A stretch of DNA of 64,000 nt, taken from the NCBI GenBank assembly GCA_963805975.1, contig CAWDVR010000002.1, forward strand, positions 64,001 through 128,000. The letters are read 5' to 3'. Source of the DNA: an uncultured Acidobacteriota bacterium (GTDB lineage Bacteria; Acidobacteriota; Thermoanaerobaculia; Multivoradales; SZUA-115). Below the pieces are notes generated by a model that worked only from the letters and a program-made list of their open reading frames with translations, was not told where the DNA came from and did no database searches. Of the stretch, positions 61,947 through 64,000 are shown piece after piece (positions within the stretch are counted from its first letter, which is position 1; each line of letters opens with the position of its first letter). Both the position numbers and the translations under genes were made by a program.

Positions 61947-64000
61947 GTGAGACGACGCGACGTTCGGGAAGCTCTGATGGCGCTGGCGCTCGCGATCTGC
62001 ACGGGCCCGCTGGTGGCGCAAGGCAGCGCCGAGGCCGATGTCGTGGTGGTGGTGGACACCTCGACCAGCATGCAGCAAGAAGGTATGGACCCGGAGCGCA
62101 GCTCGCTGCTGGTCACCAAGCTCTTGGCGGACATTTCCCCGGGAAGCCTGGCTGTCGTGCGGCTGCTCGACTTGCAGGCCGACGCCAATCTCCTTCCATC
62201 GCGCGACACCGGTACGTTCGTGCCGTGCTCGGAGGACCCCTCCCGGTCATGTCGGCACGTTGAGGCCGCGTCGGACTGGGAGGCCGACGCGCGCCGCCAG
62301 ACGTTCGGTGCCCTGCTGCGACCGGCACGCGGTGACGGCGCTTACAAGAAAGATCTCGAAGCTCACCTCGAACAGCGCAGCAACAACAGCCCGTTCAATC
62401 TCGCGCTGCGCTCGGCCCAGGGTGTTCTCGACCAGCGGCGCCAGACCCGTGCCGCCGAGGCCGCGGTGCCGCAGACCGTCATCTGGTTGTCCGATGGCCG
62501 ATCGGACAACCCGACGACGCTGCCGCCCGTCGTCGCCGAGCTGAAGCAGCAGAAGGTGGCCCTCGAAGCGATCGTCTTCGGGCGCGGTGAAACTCACCTG
62601 TCGCTACAGCTCGGTCTCGACCCCCATCAGGTGAAGACTCCGGCCGAGCTGATGAGGGCTTTCGCCAGCGCCTTCCGCCGCATCGTCCAGGCGCCCTACG
62701 AGATCGACGCCCTGCTGTCGTCGTCCCCCTCGTTCGAGATGAAGCAAGCCGTGGACGAGGCATGGATCGTGGTGTACGGCGACGACACCTTGAGGCAGGC
62801 CGAGGTCGAAGGGCCGGCGGGAGTGGTGCCGGCCGATTACGCCGCCGACCGCTGGGCCGGGGCCGGGGCTTACCGCGTGGTCCACCTCACCCGGCCCGCC
62901 GCGGGGCGCTGGACCATCCGCGCCACCGGCGGCGGCGCCGGCACGGCCTATGCGGTGGTGCAACGCTCGGCGCTCACCCCCATCTTCCTGGGGCCGGAAC
63001 AGGTCCTTTCCGGCACCGCCACCCTGTTTCAGGGAGCGATCCGCGCCGGCAGCTCGACCGAGCCGATCAGCGATCCGGCGATCCTGAAAGAAGCCGAGCT
63101 CACCCTCGAAGCCCTGGGCTCGGGTCCGGGGACGACCGTCCGGCTCCACGACGATGGCCGGGATGGCGACGCGCAAGCCGGCGACGGCCGCTTCTCCGGT
63201 TTCGGCACTCTCCACGGCTTCGGCCCGCAGCCCGCTCGACTGCACCTGGCAACGCCGCTGGTCGACCGTTCGGTGGAGGCCACGATCCAGGTGGCGGGAC
63301 GCTTCGCCACCACGGGTGAGCCGGTCGAGGTCGACCTCGGCCGCTTGGGGGTCGCCACCGAGGTCTGCAAGCCGCTGCGCTTCGCCGTGGAGCACGAGGG
63401 GCAAGTACCGCTCACGCTCGCGCAGCTCGCCGCATCGCCCGTCGATCACCAGCTCTCGCTGCGCACGCCGCGGGGCCGGATCGAGGTCGGAGGCGATGCG
63501 CAGCTCGCCACTCCCGAGGACACCTTCGAAGTTTGCCTCGCCACCGGCCCCCGAGTTACCTCCTCGCGGGCTCAGGGCGAGCCTTGGCTGGTGCTCGGTG
63601 TGGCCTCGTCCGAGGACCCGCTCCAGCGCCAGGTGGTACGACTGCGCTGGCAGGTCGAAGGCCTGGGCTTCTGGGCCCGCTGGGGCTGGCTGATCCTGTT
63701 GATGCTGGCGGCCATCGCGGTTGCGATCGTGGTCGCGGGGTACATCGTGCCCGAACGTTTCCAGCCCTCGCTGGCGCTGGTCTTCACGTCCGACCGCGAG
63801 GACCTCGAGGAGCAGAGCCCGCAGCCGATCAAGCAGTGGCGCGGCGTGGGAATCGGCTTTTATCGCCATGCGCGCGCTTACCTGCATGCGGACTTTCGGC
63901 TCTCGGGCAACCCCGGCGGCTCGGTCGCAACCCTCGCGGCAGTCGCCCGAGGCACGCGCGTCTTCCCCGGCAAGGGCGCGAGCCTCTATCGCGAAGGGCT
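61947..64000 (+). CDS. Membrane-anchored von Willebrand factor A domain protein (3' end outside the window; absent from the ORF track)
   Basis: SD GGAGGAG, GTG 61947, signal peptide, MIDAS DTSTS, IWLSDG, LHDDGRDGDAQAGDGRFSG (choice-of-anchor-X-like), TM at about 63670-63750; frame checked at several points. Confidence 0.85.
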   Translation, partial: MRRRDVREALMALALAICTGPLVAQGSAEADVVVVVDTSTSMQQEGMDPERSSLLVTKLLADISPGSLAVVRLLDLQADANLLPSRDTGTFVPCSEDPSRSCRHVEAASDWEADARRQTFGALLRPARGDGAYKKDLEAHLEQRSNNSPFNLALRSAQGVLDQRRQTRAAEAAVPQTVIWLSDGRSDNPTTLPPVVAELKQQKVALEAIVFGRGETHLSLQLGLDPHQVKTPAELMRAFASAFRRIVQAPYEIDALLSSSPSFEMKQAVDEAWIVVYGDDTLRQAEVEGPAGVVPADYAADRWAGAGAYRVVHLTRPAAGRWTIRATGGGAGTAYAVVQRSALTPIFLGPEQVLSGTATLFQGAIRAGSSTEPISDPAILKEAELTLEALGSGPGTTVRLHDDGRDGDAQAGDGRFSGFGTLHGFGPQPARLHLATPLVDRSVEATIQVAGRFATTGEPVEVDLGRLGVATEVCKPLRFAVEHEGQVPLTLAQLAASPVDHQLSLRTPRGRIEVGGDAQLATPEDTFEVCLATGPRVTSSRAQGEPWLVLGVASSEDPLQRQVVRLRWQVEGLGFWARWGWLILLMLAAIAVAIVVAGYIVPERFQPSLALVFTSDREDLEEQSPQPIKQWRGVGIGFYRHARAYLHADFRLSGNPGGSVATLAAVARGTRVFPGKGASLYREG

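Overview
High-GC window from a diderm bacterium (it has a TonB-dependent receptor and a beta-barrel OMP). The gene repertoire suggests Acidobacteriota/Thermoanaerobaculia, which is inference. There are four blocks. (1) 1-15.7 kb: stress/envelope-type genes (sortase plus LPQTA substrate, TBDR, PQQ-type dehydrogenase, DUF2231, Cys-rich metallothionein-like protein, UbiB/ABC1 kinase, OMP, lipoprotein). Each transcription unit from 0.5 to 9.8 kb is preceded by a sigma54 -24/-12 motif, and the block ends in a His-kinase phosphorelay with an NtrC-type activator. (2) 15.8-26.2 kb: housekeeping/accessory genes (secreted proteins, MBL hydrolase, DinB, VapBC, Atl, YcaQ-like, ABC exporter, thioesterase). 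(3) 26.2-29 kb: a GTAG-type REP cluster, a tyrosine integrase and an oriT-like structured region. (4) 29-64 kb, the main finding: a locus of seven apparently exported or membrane-anchored clan CD cysteine-protease proteins carrying five CHAT and three caspase/C14 domains, including a CHAT+caspase fusion and a YidD-like-caspase fusion. It is organised around an ECF sigma/anti-sigma pair and is translationally coupled to a PP2C-FHA-FHA-Ser/Thr kinase module. Four CHAT paralogues share a Cys-bounded loop containing Arg-Gly, which looks like a disulfide-tethered activation site. No rRNA, tRNA or CRISPR array was seen. All family assignments come from motif recognition by eye; no database searches were run.
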